Shown here: positions 19,041 to 29,527 of the stretch, piece after piece
Layout of the letters: the number at the start of each line of letters is the position of its first letter
Numbering within the stretch: the stretch's first letter is position 1
Origin: Candidatus Adlerbacteria bacterium
GTDB lineage: Bacteria > Patescibacteriota > Minisyncoccia > Phycocordibacterales > SBAW01
NCBI GenBank assembly: GCA_903878285.1
Contig: CAIRHB010000002.1
Location: forward strand, 808-64,807
Length of the DNA: 64,000 nt
Direction: 5' to 3'
Program-made: the position numbers and the translations under genes
The notes under the pieces: model-generated
Told to the model about the DNA's origin: nothing
The model's database searches: none
What the model saw: only the letters and a program-made list of their open reading frames with translations

Positions 19041-20475
19041 TGAAGAGCGAATCATCGAGCAGATGATTCGTGACAGGAACTTCCGCATAGCAATGGTGAC
19101 CAAAAGCCATTTCTGGTTCTTTCACTATTACTTTGGCAAGGACTATGTGAAATACCGCACCGCCGACTTCCATAAGGAAATATTCCAACTCACTGAAAAT
19201 CCCGATCTACAGAACATCGTCATTACCGCTTTCCGAGGTAGTGGCAAAAGTACGATAGTAACCCTCTCGTATGTAATTTGGTCGATCCTCGGCGAACAGC
19301 AGAAAAAGTACCCCATTATCCTCGGGCAGACCCAACTCAAGGCACAGGCGCACCTACAGGCTATCAAGCGTGAACTGGAGCATAACGAGGCTCTGAGAGC
19401 CGACCTAGGGCCGTTTCGCGAGGAGAATAACCAGTGGGGTGCGCTTTCCCTCATCCTCCCTCAATACGGAGCCAAGATATCTACGGGGTCGGTGGAGCAG
19501 AGCATACGAGGTATGCGTCACTATCAGCACCGCCCCGACCTCATCATCTGTGACGACATCGAGGATCCCGATTCGGTGCGTACTCAAGAGAACCGCGACA
19601 AGCTGTTTGACTGGCTCACGGGCGATGTACTTCCTGCGGGAGACAAAGGTACGCGCATGATGTTCATTGGCACACCACTTCACGAGGACTCACTGCTTCG
19701 TCGCCTCGAAAAGCTGTTTACGAATGGCGATGCAAAAAGTGCGTTTCGGCGATATCCAATTGTTGATGAAAACGGCACACCACTGTGGATTGGTAAATTT
19801 GCAACTCAAAACGATATTGATGCAGAGAAAGCGAAGTGCCTCAACATCGTGGCATGGCAACGCGAGTACATGCTGAAGATAGTGCAGAGCGATACGCAGA
19901 TCGTAAAGCGTGAATGGATAAAAACGTACACAGAAGTACCGAGCGGACCAGATTGTAAATTCAGGTATGCCGCTACAGCCATTGATCCTGCACGCTCACA
20001 AAAGGCAACGGCGGATTGCACAGCAATGGTATCGGGCAAGATATACGGCACGAAAGCTGATAGAAAAATCTATATCATGCCGAATCCCATAAACGCTCGA
20101 CTGACCAGTGAGCAAACTATCCAGAGTGCCGTAAATATTTCACTCGCCCTCGGGAATGGAGCAGCTACAAAGGTATATGTTGAGGAAGTGGGGCTTCAGG
20201 GGTATCTCACTGACTTTCTAAAAGCGCGTGGCATACCCGCTATTCCGTACCCGATTCGTGGGCAAACCAAAGAGGGTCGATTACAGGCGGTTGCCGCGCT
20301 TATCGAACTAGGTACGATACTCTTTCCCGAGAAAGGTGCAGAGCAACTGGTAGAGCAGATCCTAGGATTTGGCACCGAGAAGCATGACGATTTAGTCGAT
20401 GCGTTTACGATTCTCGTTCTACAACTTTTAGAAAGCACAAAACTCTATCCACAAATACAGTGGATCCGCCTCTAA
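19012..20475 (+). CDS. Phage terminase large subunit
   Basis: Walker A FRGSGKST, Walker B IICDDIE, IGTPLH, nuclease AIDPA and HDDLVDA. Confidence 0.88.
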   Translation: MEKLKALTSDEERIIEQMIRDRNFRIAMVTKSHFWFFHYYFGKDYVKYRTADFHKEIFQLTENPDLQNIVITAFRGSGKSTIVTLSYVIWSILGEQQKKYPIILGQTQLKAQAHLQAIKRELEHNEALRADLGPFREENNQWGALSLILPQYGAKISTGSVEQSIRGMRHYQHRPDLIICDDIEDPDSVRTQENRDKLFDWLTGDVLPAGDKGTRMMFIGTPLHEDSLLRRLEKLFTNGDAKSAFRRYPIVDENGTPLWIGKFATQNDIDAEKAKCLNIVAWQREYMLKIVQSDTQIVKREWIKTYTEVPSGPDCKFRYAATAIDPARSQKATADCTAMVSGKIYGTKADRKIYIMPNPINARLTSEQTIQSAVNISLALGNGAATKVYVEEVGLQGYLTDFLKARGIPAIPYPIRGQTKEGRLQAVAALIELGTILFPEKGAEQLVEQILGFGTEKHDDLVDAFTILVLQLLESTKLYPQIQWIRL

Positions 20476-20554
20476 GAGGCTAAATACCATGCGACGAAAC
20501 GGCTAGTCTGCATAGCTATGCAGGGCTGGTGGTTCTGGCATCAATGGTGGTCGC

Positions 20555-21880
20555 ATGAATATACAAGCACCAACAGCCCTTATGGGCAAACCACAACTAT
20601 TACCAGCAGTAAAAATGAAGTACGTTCTTTATGCTCGAAAAAGCACCGAGACAGAAGAACGGCAGATATTGTCGATTGATTCGCAGGTAAAAGAGATGCT
20701 CCAAATTGCCGAGCGAGAGAATATAGAGGTTATAGATATTCGTCGCGAGTCGCATTCGGCAAAGGATTCGGGGCAGAGGCCAGTCTTTAAAGAAATCCTC
20801 GAAGATCTACGGCGACAACGATTTAATGGCATTCTGACATGGGCACCAGATCGTTTGAGTCGAAACGCAGGTGACCTCGGAAGCCTCGTAGATTTAATGG
20901 ATCAAAAGTTACTGCTCGAAATTCGGACTTACGGTCAACAGTTCAGAAACTCACCAAACGAAAAGTTCTTGCTGATGATTCTCTGTAGCCAAGCAAAGCT
21001 CGAAAACGACAACAAAAGTATTAACGTGAAGCGAGGGCTTCGGACGAGGTGCGAAATGGGACTGAGGCCAGGCTCACCACCGATCGGATATCTGAACGAG
21101 CGGCACATGGATAGAAAGTGCGAAGCGATAGTAGATCCCGAACGAGGCCCTGTAATTAAGAAAATCTTTGAGAAAGTAGCATACGAAAAGTGGAGTGGTC
21201 GAAAGATATATAACTGGCTGAAGTTCGACCTGAATTTCAAGAGTGCTACTGGCAAGAAAGGCCTCGCTCTCGGCAATATCTACCTCATTCTTCAAAATCC
21301 TTTTTACTACGGTGTTTTTGAGTATCCTGCAAAGAGCGGGAACTTTTATACAGGCAAACACACACCGCTCATTACGAAAGAGCTTTTTGATCAAGTGCAG
21401 TCGCAGGTGAAAAGTAACGTGCTTCGGGTTGAGAATAAGGAGTTTGCCTTCACTAAACTCATGACATGCGGAATGTGCGGTTCGGGCATATCTGCCGACG
21501 AGAAGTTCAAGAAGCAAAAGAATGGCGGCGTACACAGACATGTCTACTACGGCTGTACCAAGGCGAGAGACAAGAACTGCAAGGGCGGATACATAAATGA
21601 GGTGGAGCTGATCGAGCAACTCGAAGTACTCATGGAGGAAATGAACTTAGACGAGATTGGCATCAAAGAAAAGATTAAGAATGAAGTGACGAGATTCAAA
21701 AAGTTTCAGAAAGTGCTCTTGGGTAAAAAAGAAGAAGTAAACGTAGTCGATATTGATATCAGAAACTACATGCGTTTTATCCTCCGTGAGGGCGAAGATT
21801 CAGAGAAAAGAGAATTGCTCGGCTGCCTTACATCGAGAGTTTCGCTGAAGGAAAAGAAACTGACGCTAGCAAATGTTTAG
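20555..21880 (+). CDS. Large serine recombinase, paralog of 9868-11193
   Basis: YARKSTE, DRLSRN, CGMCG..YYGC. Confidence 0.92.
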   Translation: MNIQAPTALMGKPQLLPAVKMKYVLYARKSTETEERQILSIDSQVKEMLQIAERENIEVIDIRRESHSAKDSGQRPVFKEILEDLRRQRFNGILTWAPDRLSRNAGDLGSLVDLMDQKLLLEIRTYGQQFRNSPNEKFLLMILCSQAKLENDNKSINVKRGLRTRCEMGLRPGSPPIGYLNERHMDRKCEAIVDPERGPVIKKIFEKVAYEKWSGRKIYNWLKFDLNFKSATGKKGLALGNIYLILQNPFYYGVFEYPAKSGNFYTGKHTPLITKELFDQVQSQVKSNVLRVENKEFAFTKLMTCGMCGSGISADEKFKKQKNGGVHRHVYYGCTKARDKNCKGGYINEVELIEQLEVLMEEMNLDEIGIKEKIKNEVTRFKKFQKVLLGKKEEVNVVDIDIRNYMRFILREGEDSEKRELLGCLTSRVSLKEKKLTLANV

Positions 21881-21883
21881 TAA

Positions 21884-24181
21884 CTAGAGAGATTTTAGTC
21901 GCGTTAAAACCTCTTCCGTGTTGCCCGTGTGAACCAAGAAAAAGTGCAATTTGCCTTTACCAAGCTTTGCCCACACATTTGCAATTTCAACTTTGTATGC
22001 AGTATCGTCGTTACTGATACGATCTTCACCTTTCCACTCGAGAGCAACAATGCTGCCCTTCTTTGTGACAGCAACGAAATCGGGATAAAATTTTCCCTTG
22101 CGCCATCCTTGAATATAAAACGGATCGACTTTCTCACGGTTGCGGACCCAGAACTCGATGTTGTCCAAAATGCCGAGGTCGATACGCTCAACGAAGCCAC
22201 GTTCCTCGCCATTGATAGCGTCTATCCTTTCGTAGAGGTTCTTGTTAAATACCTTAGCCACTGGTGATTTAAGCGTGATAGTTGGTGGGTATGAATCGAA
22301 AGCATCTACTGAGAGTTTCTTTTTTGAAATGAGGCCCGTAAAAACCTTTTTGGTGTATGCCTCAAGTACTTCAGTAATAACTACAGAAAGTCGATCGGCC
22401 AATAAATATCTATTTACCGAGAGTTCAGGAAGTGAGCGTTTGTGTTTCTTAATTTGGGTCTGTACTGCTTTCTCAATAAATCCGACCTTGTCGTCAGGAC
22501 TGACCATTGGAAATCGCAGTTTCTTATCGAGCCATGATATCAACTCATCGGTGGAATGGTCGCCATCGAGATACTGGTACGGGAGTGAAAGTTGCTTACC
22601 TTGTAACCACTCGTCGTCTTCCGTGATGTCGATAGTGGCTTGTCCGTCTAGGTCGTAGTGAATCTTGAACCCAAAATCAGCGTCCTGTTTTGCGAGTTCA
22701 AAATCTTCACCCAAAAGATCTTCAAACGCGAGCTTATCTTTTCCGAACGTCATCATCGGGACTTTGAGATCTTTCTTGATTGCTTTCTTTGCCTCCATCG
22801 GATCGGCGTATTCTTTCTCATCAGTCGCACCTACAAAATCAGCCCTGCTGTAACCGTTGTCTTCAAGGCCTTTGATCACACGACTCGCTGCATCATTAAA
22901 ATTTGGGGCTGACGCAAATACATAGCTACGATTGAGTGCCTCGTCTGTTTTTCGTTTTGCATTAGGCATGCGGATAACACGGCCGATGATTTGTTCAACT
23001 GCAACTTTCGCACCTAAGTTGGCAACAGAAATAAGTACATAGGCATACGAACAATCCCAACCCTCGGAGAGAGCGTTCACGGTAAGTATGTACCGAACTT
23101 CACATTTCTTATCGAACAAATCGATCCCATCAAGCTCATCCACTTCAGAGGTTTTAATCTTAATCTGGCTTTCAGGAATTTTTCTATCCAAAAGCAGCTT
23201 CTTTAATTGTTCTACGGTGACAGTTGTACGCACCTTGCTCTTCGGTTGGGCCTGAAGTAGGGCGATTGGGCGAATGCGTTCGCCTTTTAGCTTTCCTGCT
23301 CGCTTCTCAAGTTCCTCACGCTTCATCAGACCATCTGCGACGACCTGCTCCCATTGTGATCGGCTCTCAAGCACGATTGGGATTTTGACCATGTCTTCGA
23401 GCTTGAGTTCAGCAGCGCCGATCTTCACGAGCACATTACTCCCGTCACGAGGAGTAGCGGTAAATTCAATGATGAAAGAAGGCTTGAGATCTGAGAGGAA
23501 TCGAATAGAGAGATCGGTCTGCGTGTGATGTCCCTCGTCGATGACGATAAGCGGATTATTCTTGCGGATCACATTGGCGAGCGAGTTCACGACCGTGCCA
23601 GCGTCGTCTTTTTCTAGCATCGACTCGTCTTTAAGATTTTGGAAGTGATCCATGAGAGACCCGTTCTCTTTGTAGACTTTGTACTTCTTTTGAATTGAGG
23701 AGTCTTTGCGGAACGCATCGAGGCTGGCCACAATGATGCAGAGATTATTGCGTACATCTTCCGGCGTAATGGTGAGCGCCTCTTCGTTCGAGAAAATCTT
23801 AAACTTGGTATCGAATGACTCGTTGAGCATCTCGTAGTGCCAGTCCTTTGCATCACGGAATTTCTTTAGGGTCTGTGTCTTGATCGAGTCTGACGGCACG
23901 AACCACATCACAATTCCGGTATCCATTTTATGCTGGAGCGAAATGCTCATGATGCGCTCAACTGCTTTGCAGCCGACAAGCGTCTTACCGCCACCAGTTG
24001 GAATACGGATACACACAAACGGCACATCCCCAAACCACTCGTGGTTGTACTTTGGCCAGTCGTGACCGTACTTCTCCTCGGTGATCTCAGTAAAGGCATA
24101 GCGCGGCTTCAGCTTCTTGGACAACTCCAAAAATTGGCTGAGAGTATCTATGGCACTTTCCTGATAGCGCTTTAGTTTCAT
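21884..24181 (-). CDS. Type III restriction endonuclease/helicase (Res)
   Basis: IPTGGGKT, IDEGHH, TATP, LSEGWD, QIIGRVIR; C-terminal YPDF..LEWKG. Confidence 0.88.
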   Translation of the reverse strand: MKLKRYQESAIDTLSQFLELSKKLKPRYAFTEITEEKYGHDWPKYNHEWFGDVPFVCIRIPTGGGKTLVGCKAVERIMSISLQHKMDTGIVMWFVPSDSIKTQTLKKFRDAKDWHYEMLNESFDTKFKIFSNEEALTITPEDVRNNLCIIVASLDAFRKDSSIQKKYKVYKENGSLMDHFQNLKDESMLEKDDAGTVVNSLANVIRKNNPLIVIDEGHHTQTDLSIRFLSDLKPSFIIEFTATPRDGSNVLVKIGAAELKLEDMVKIPIVLESRSQWEQVVADGLMKREELEKRAGKLKGERIRPIALLQAQPKSKVRTTVTVEQLKKLLLDRKIPESQIKIKTSEVDELDGIDLFDKKCEVRYILTVNALSEGWDCSYAYVLISVANLGAKVAVEQIIGRVIRMPNAKRKTDEALNRSYVFASAPNFNDAASRVIKGLEDNGYSRADFVGATDEKEYADPMEAKKAIKKDLKVPMMTFGKDKLAFEDLLGEDFELAKQDADFGFKIHYDLDGQATIDITEDDEWLQGKQLSLPYQYLDGDHSTDELISWLDKKLRFPMVSPDDKVGFIEKAVQTQIKKHKRSLPELSVNRYLLADRLSVVITEVLEAYTKKVFTGLISKKKLSVDAFDSYPPTITLKSPVAKVFNKNLYERIDAINGEERGFVERIDLGILDNIEFWVRNREKVDPFYIQGWRKGKFYPDFVAVTKKGSIVALEWKGEDRISNDDTAYKVEIANVWAKLGKGKLHFFLVHTGNTEEVLTRLKSL

Positions 24182-24187
24182 AAATAT

Positions 24188-25879
24188 TTAGTAGACCTTA
24201 ATTTCGTACGGAATCTGCTTGAAGGTGATTCCTTTTTCTTTCAGCTCATCCTCGTCAATGAGACAGCGATCGGCGTAGATGACAGCCGTGCCACTTACCT
24301 TGAGCTTTGATAGCGCCGCGCGAGTGAGGTCGTTTTTGTTTTTGCCGGAATAGATGAGGTAGTACGAAGTGCCGTGATTTTCGCCGATCATCGGCGGCTT
24401 CACGGCTTTTTTGTCGATGTTGGTATGAGTCTCGGTGAAATAAATATAGCTGGCCAATTGATCGTAAGAGCAGGTCTCATCAATCTGTCCTTTTTCGTCG
24501 AAGAGAGGTTTTGCCAGCTCACAGAACTCAAAATCAGATTTGTAATCGTATTTACTTATCATGCTTTTCACTCGAGTAGCCGTAATTGGCATGGCCACAG
24601 AATCTTCCATTTCTACAAGGATAAATTTTCTGCTGCCACCGTCCTCTTTATTTAAATCCAAGACTGCGTGTGCTGTTGTGCCGGAACCTGCAAATGAATC
24701 AAGCACCATATCATTTTTACCTGTTCCGATTTTTACAATGTACTTGATAAGGTCTTTTGGTTTCGGGTACTGAAAACTTATTTTCATGCTCTCTAGTTCG
24801 GACCGCATCTTCTCAGTGGTACTGAAATTTCTAAGCACGGACACGATGTGACTCACATTATTGCCTCGATCTTTGCGGTAATAAATAACCCCATTTTCAC
24901 TTATGTAAAAACTTAACTTCATTCCGTCGCCATCGTTTATAGGTTCGCATTTATTCTCAATGAATGATCGCAGTTTGTTGGCATTAGCCCAGCCAGAAAA
25001 CACCTTACATGGTTTCTTAAGCTTGCCCATCTCGACGGTGAGAGGATTGATTCTTAGAGGAAATTGTACTTTTCCATATTTAGCCTTGAGTTGATTGCTG
25101 GTCAGATCACTTGCTTTCATTTGCTCGATCAGGCCACGCGGGATATCACTGGCAGGCAAAGATAATTTCTCGACAGTACAAGGAAATCCTGCTGGAAGCT
25201 CTATCTCGCTCGGAGGATTCCCCGGACCATTTTTGGTAATTGAATTTTCTGCAAAACCCGCCCAGAGATTGCTTTCTTCTCGAGTGTTTGGGTCTATTAC
25301 ATTTCCGAGAGCCATTTTTGGTCTTGCGGCAGAATACATAACGATGTACTCATGGTTAACTTTCACATGGAATTGATTGTCCGTATGGCCATCAGTATTC
25401 CAGACGAATTGTGCTACAAAATTATTCTTACCAAAAATCTCGTCCATTAAATACCTCAATGATTGGACTTCGTTATCATCAATACTTACGAATATCACAC
25501 CGTCTTCCGATAGAAGGCGTTTTAGTAAATTAAGTCTCGGATACATCATGCAGAGCCATTTGTCGTGACGAGTTAGATCCTCCGATTCAGGACCGACAAC
25601 GCTACCGATCCACTCTTTAATTTTGGGAGAATTAACCTTGTCGTTGTAGACCCACTTTTGTTTCCCTGTGTTGTATGGAGGATCGATATAAATGCACTTG
25701 ATTTTCCCTTGGTAGAAGGGCATCAGGGCCTTTAAGGCTTCGAGATTGTCACCGTGGATGATGAGATTTTCGGACGATTTGCCGACAGACGCACCCGAGA
25801 CTTTTTCAAGGAGCTTAAATGGCACCTCCTTGTCGTGGTTTACTACTGCGTCTTTGCCGATCCAATTTAGAGTTGCCAT
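24188..25879 (-). CDS. Type III R-M adenine methyltransferase (Mod)
   Basis: IHGDNLEAL, YIDPPYNTG, DSFAGSGTT. Confidence 0.92.
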   Translation of the reverse strand: MATLNWIGKDAVVNHDKEVPFKLLEKVSGASVGKSSENLIIHGDNLEALKALMPFYQGKIKCIYIDPPYNTGKQKWVYNDKVNSPKIKEWIGSVVGPESEDLTRHDKWLCMMYPRLNLLKRLLSEDGVIFVSIDDNEVQSLRYLMDEIFGKNNFVAQFVWNTDGHTDNQFHVKVNHEYIVMYSAARPKMALGNVIDPNTREESNLWAGFAENSITKNGPGNPPSEIELPAGFPCTVEKLSLPASDIPRGLIEQMKASDLTSNQLKAKYGKVQFPLRINPLTVEMGKLKKPCKVFSGWANANKLRSFIENKCEPINDGDGMKLSFYISENGVIYYRKDRGNNVSHIVSVLRNFSTTEKMRSELESMKISFQYPKPKDLIKYIVKIGTGKNDMVLDSFAGSGTTAHAVLDLNKEDGGSRKFILVEMEDSVAMPITATRVKSMISKYDYKSDFEFCELAKPLFDEKGQIDETCSYDQLASYIYFTETHTNIDKKAVKPPMIGENHGTSYYLIYSGKNKNDLTRAALSKLKVSGTAVIYADRCLIDEDELKEKGITFKQIPYEIKVY

Positions 25880-25880
25880 A

Positions 25881-26063
25881 TTATTCGGTGCTCGTTTGCT
25901 TTAAAAAATTTTCAAATTCACTGCGGTCTATCCGAAACTCCTTACCAATTTTGTGTGCTTTAAGTCGTTTCGCCTTGATGTAGCGGTAAATGGTCATGAC
26001 GTTCAGACTCAACTTCTCGGCTAGATCGTGCGCCGTGTAGAACTCTTTTTCGTCTTTCTCCAT
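25881..26063 (-). CDS. Excisionase-like HTH protein upstream of mod-res
   Basis: YTAHDLAEKLSLNVMTIYRYI..KIGKEFRI. Confidence 0.8.
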   Translation of the reverse strand: MEKDEKEFYTAHDLAEKLSLNVMTIYRYIKAKRLKAHKIGKEFRIDRSEFENFLKQTSTE

Positions 26064-26127
26064 ACTTTTATGATACTTTACTTTTGTTGACATTACAACA
26101 CTCGAAGGAATACAATGTGGATGCAAT

Positions 26128-29100
26128 ATGACTGATCTTAAGAAACATTACGTCAAATTCAAAGAGTCACTCTCAGACGTTAGAATCATAACCGCGAACC
26201 TCTTGGTATTGATCAAGACAGCCTTTTTGAGTGTCCTGAGCGCCGAAATATGGCGTTTCTCAACCGCCCTCACGGGAAAAGTAAATATATGGATTGCAGC
26301 CAATGGCTATGAGTGGTGGGCAATATGGCTTTGCGTTGCGGCCACGATATTGGTCATCGCATATCTCATAATTCGAGGTGTCTTCACAGATATAAAAAAG
26401 ATATTCAAGAGTTACCGTGCCGACGTTCTTCTTGCTCTCTGCTTCGGCATATGGGTCAGCGTGGCATGGGGCGGTTTCTTGACGGGGTGGGATACAAAGG
26501 TCATTGCTTCGCTGAATTTGAAACAGATATGTACTCTCATAGTTGGACCATTTCTTTTGGGCGTCTTGGTGATGGCACGTCAATTGTTCCACACGACCGA
26601 TAAAACCGTTTCGTCGCTCGTCGTTGATAAGGAGCTAAGAGGAAAAGAGAACGATCTCCTAAACTTTGCATCAAAAGCAGATGCGTTCGCGGAGAGAGTA
26701 TTCAACGACGGTTCGCCAGAAAGTTTCGTATTCGGCGTAGATGCACCTTGGGGTATAGGCAAATCAACATTCATAAATTTCTGTACTGAATATTGGGAGA
26801 AAGAGCATGCGGAAAAAATTGTCGTCTACAAATTCAGCCCGCTTCAATACCTTGGCGCAGACAATCTGCTCGAGGTTTTCATCGATGGGTTAATCCATGC
26901 AATTCAGAAAGATTCGTTCATTCCGGAAATAAAACCTTTGATTTCTCGATACGCACGATTACTTAAGGAGATAAAGCACTTCTCAATATTTGGACTCACG
27001 CTTCCAACATTCATGACGGATTACAGTGCAGAGGAAGCCTGCGATGATTTGAGCGCAGTATTGAAACGTTTTCCTAAGAAGGTCATAGTCATTATTGATG
27101 ATCTCGACCGTATCAACTTTGCTGAGATAAAAGATATTCTGTTTGTGATACGAAAGAGTTTTGCGTTTCCAAACGTGTCCTACGTCATCTGCTATGACAC
27201 AGACAATATCGGGGTACTAGAAGCGGAAACGCCGGAAATAGATAAGGTTGGTGAGTTTTTGGAGAAATTTGTGAACATAAAAATCAGCCTCTATTTAGAG
27301 AGAGAAGACCTAGCGAAGTTTGTCTCCGAAAACCTTGAAAAGACGCTGCCAGCCAGCCTCCTCGTTGACCCATTGCCAATGCGCCAAGCTGTCGGAGGAC
27401 TACTCGATATATATAAATCGACTACATACCACCGCTATTTACCATTCATAGGAGATGTGAGGAAGTTAAAACGACTCATCAATACAGTCCTAATGTTCGA
27501 TTTGCAGAAGACGGACTTCAAGAACAGTGACTTCGATAAGCGAGATCTGGTGAATCTGTTGCTGATCTATATTCATTATCCGAATATCTTTAGGAAGATC
27601 TATGACACCGAGACAAAAGGCGGTCGTGGTTTCTTTTCACTTGTGTTGCCGCATGAAGATGGCTACCCCGAAGATGCGTCGGGACAAAGGCGTTCTTCTT
27701 TCAGCGATTCTACGTACAAGAACTCCACTTATTTTACGGAGTACATGAAGCAATTCCCTGAGGACAGTCATCAGCGCTTCCTTTTGAATCAGGTATTTAA
27801 TGTCGATGTAAGACTGAAAATGACTAGTACTGGTTTCCCGACGGCAAACGACTACGCCAAGATTGATAGCGTCCCAGAAGACGTACGTACATCACTCGCC
27901 TGTTTCAATGGTGGTTGGACCAATGGTAGAAACCTCGAGACATATTTGGATCTGATAGTAAATCTCTCGAAGCCCGTAGATATTGGCCAGCACAGGTTCT
28001 ATATGACATGGAGAGAAGCCATTATCAACAAGACAAAAACTCTTACTGAGGCTTTTGCCGATCCAAAATTTGCATACGTAGAGGGCGAATACCCAAGAGA
28101 GAGGTTGTGGCGAATATTGGTAAACAACGCCCGAGAACTGCAAAGCGATATTGCCGCTGATATTATTTCTCATCTTTTGGACACGATTCCGGACTATTCA
28201 CTGATTGAATTTCAAGAAGAAAATACGGGTAGCGGAATGAGACACAGCATGGACTATTTTTTGACCAGACTGCTGAATGATGCGGGGTGGACGGACAAAC
28301 AGGGTAAACATTCGGGCAATATGGAGCCATATATTAACGAGATTGCCGAATGGATTTTTGGAGATGGCCGACACGAAGGAAAGGGGGTGATATCGAGACT
28401 ATCCGACGCTACACGAGGTGTATTAGGAATCTACGACCTTATGGTGTTCCGGCTTACGTGTAGCAGTGATCGTGGTGGAGATATCTTCGACCTTTCCAGA
28501 GCACTGGCACAACATGCGAATAAAGATGCGCCGACACAGGGAGACACTCGTGTCATTGCCCGTGAGGAAATGCGTGAAATATCACAGAAGGTATTTGAAA
28601 TCTTCAATGCAAGATACATCGTCCCGAAGAAAAATATTTTTGCCGAAATTGATGCGTTGAAAACTGGAGATCTCGCTGGCAAATACAACGAATACATCAC
28701 TAAAAAGGTGGCGGACGGCGTATTTCAGGTAAGTGATATCGAAAAGAAAACTTCAGAACTTAAAACACGCATTGGTTCTTTTGTTCTGTACCAGTTAGCA
28801 AATGCCGAAATCAATCTTGGAGCAGGATGTGGGTTCTATGATCCGATGGGCAAAGAAGACAAACATCAAATTAGAGACCTCGTAAATGATTACATATTCT
28901 CTTGTTTCGATCCGTCTGACAAAAAGAATACTGAGTATTTCATTGATTATCTTTTTAGAAACTTTGCGAATGCCATTGCTTCAGCCAGAGAAGACGGAGA
29001 TCAATACATTCCGAGTATAAATGAGTTTACGAAGGTTTTGGATGCAAAGAAACTTGCAACGTTTTGGCAAAAGCATGGAGTAGCCTACAAAGCTCTTAAG

Positions 29101-29265
29101 CTCGAGGAGAGTAGCAAGGTCGTCATGATAGGTAAAGACGAGGCCTCATACAAGAAGTACGTGCCAATGGTATACAAAGTGTTAGATGAAAACGTGACGA
29201 CGGTTTCATCGGCTGACACATCAAAAGCGGAAACCCCGGTAGCCGATCCTGCATCCCAAGAATAA
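26128..29265 (+). CDS. KAP-family P-loop NTPase with N-terminal TM helices
   Basis: APWGIGKST, IIDDLDR, FLEKFVN, VRKLKRLIN. Confidence 0.85.
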   Translation: MTDLKKHYVKFKESLSDVRIITANLLVLIKTAFLSVLSAEIWRFSTALTGKVNIWIAANGYEWWAIWLCVAATILVIAYLIIRGVFTDIKKIFKSYRADVLLALCFGIWVSVAWGGFLTGWDTKVIASLNLKQICTLIVGPFLLGVLVMARQLFHTTDKTVSSLVVDKELRGKENDLLNFASKADAFAERVFNDGSPESFVFGVDAPWGIGKSTFINFCTEYWEKEHAEKIVVYKFSPLQYLGADNLLEVFIDGLIHAIQKDSFIPEIKPLISRYARLLKEIKHFSIFGLTLPTFMTDYSAEEACDDLSAVLKRFPKKVIVIIDDLDRINFAEIKDILFVIRKSFAFPNVSYVICYDTDNIGVLEAETPEIDKVGEFLEKFVNIKISLYLEREDLAKFVSENLEKTLPASLLVDPLPMRQAVGGLLDIYKSTTYHRYLPFIGDVRKLKRLINTVLMFDLQKTDFKNSDFDKRDLVNLLLIYIHYPNIFRKIYDTETKGGRGFFSLVLPHEDGYPEDASGQRRSSFSDSTYKNSTYFTEYMKQFPEDSHQRFLLNQVFNVDVRLKMTSTGFPTANDYAKIDSVPEDVRTSLACFNGGWTNGRNLETYLDLIVNLSKPVDIGQHRFYMTWREAIINKTKTLTEAFADPKFAYVEGEYPRERLWRILVNNARELQSDIAADIISHLLDTIPDYSLIEFQEENTGSGMRHSMDYFLTRLLNDAGWTDKQGKHSGNMEPYINEIAEWIFGDGRHEGKGVISRLSDATRGVLGIYDLMVFRLTCSSDRGGDIFDLSRALAQHANKDAPTQGDTRVIAREEMREISQKVFEIFNARYIVPKKNIFAEIDALKTGDLAGKYNEYITKKVADGVFQVSDIEKKTSELKTRIGSFVLYQLANAEINLGAGCGFYDPMGKEDKHQIRDLVNDYIFSCFDPSDKKNTEYFIDYLFRNFANAIASAREDGDQYIPSINEFTKVLDAKKLATFWQKHGVAYKALKLEESSKVVMIGKDEASYKKYVPMVYKVLDENVTTVSSADTSKAETPVADPASQE

Positions 29266-29353
29266 TCAAACCTAAGTTTCTGCGCCTCAGTGTCATCAGT
29301 TTTCTGATGTGAAAAATTCCTTGTAAACACTAGCCTCTTGAGCTAGCTCGACT

Positions 29354-29443
29354 TGGCGGAGACGGAGGGATTCGAACCCTCGAGGGCGGTAAAGCCCTGC
29401 CTCGTTAGCAGTGAGGTACTTTCGACCACTCAGCCACGTCTCC
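29354..29443 (-). tRNA. tRNA-Ser(GCT)
   Basis: GGAGACG/CGTCTCC acceptor, CT-GCT-AA loop, long variable arm, GGTTCGAATCC, encoded CCA. Confidence 0.97.
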
Positions 29444-29527
29444 AGTATTCTCTTTTTCGAACGCACCCCTAACAGCCCTAGAGTACACCAAACGGCGGCT
29501 CTCTGCCACCTAGGCAACGAGGCAAAA

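Larger units (their letters stand above)
11950..29346. mobile_element. Integrated element B next to the tRNA-Ser 3' end (ParB-MTase, TerS-like, TerL, serine recombinase, type III R-M, KAP NTPase)
   Basis: Direct repeat GCC(G)TCTTGAGCTAG at 11950-11964 and 29333-29346; AT-richer than flanks. Confidence 0.7.

Noticed and set aside
6433-29346. Complete prophage
   Set aside because: No recognisable portal, capsid, tail, lysis or replication genes.
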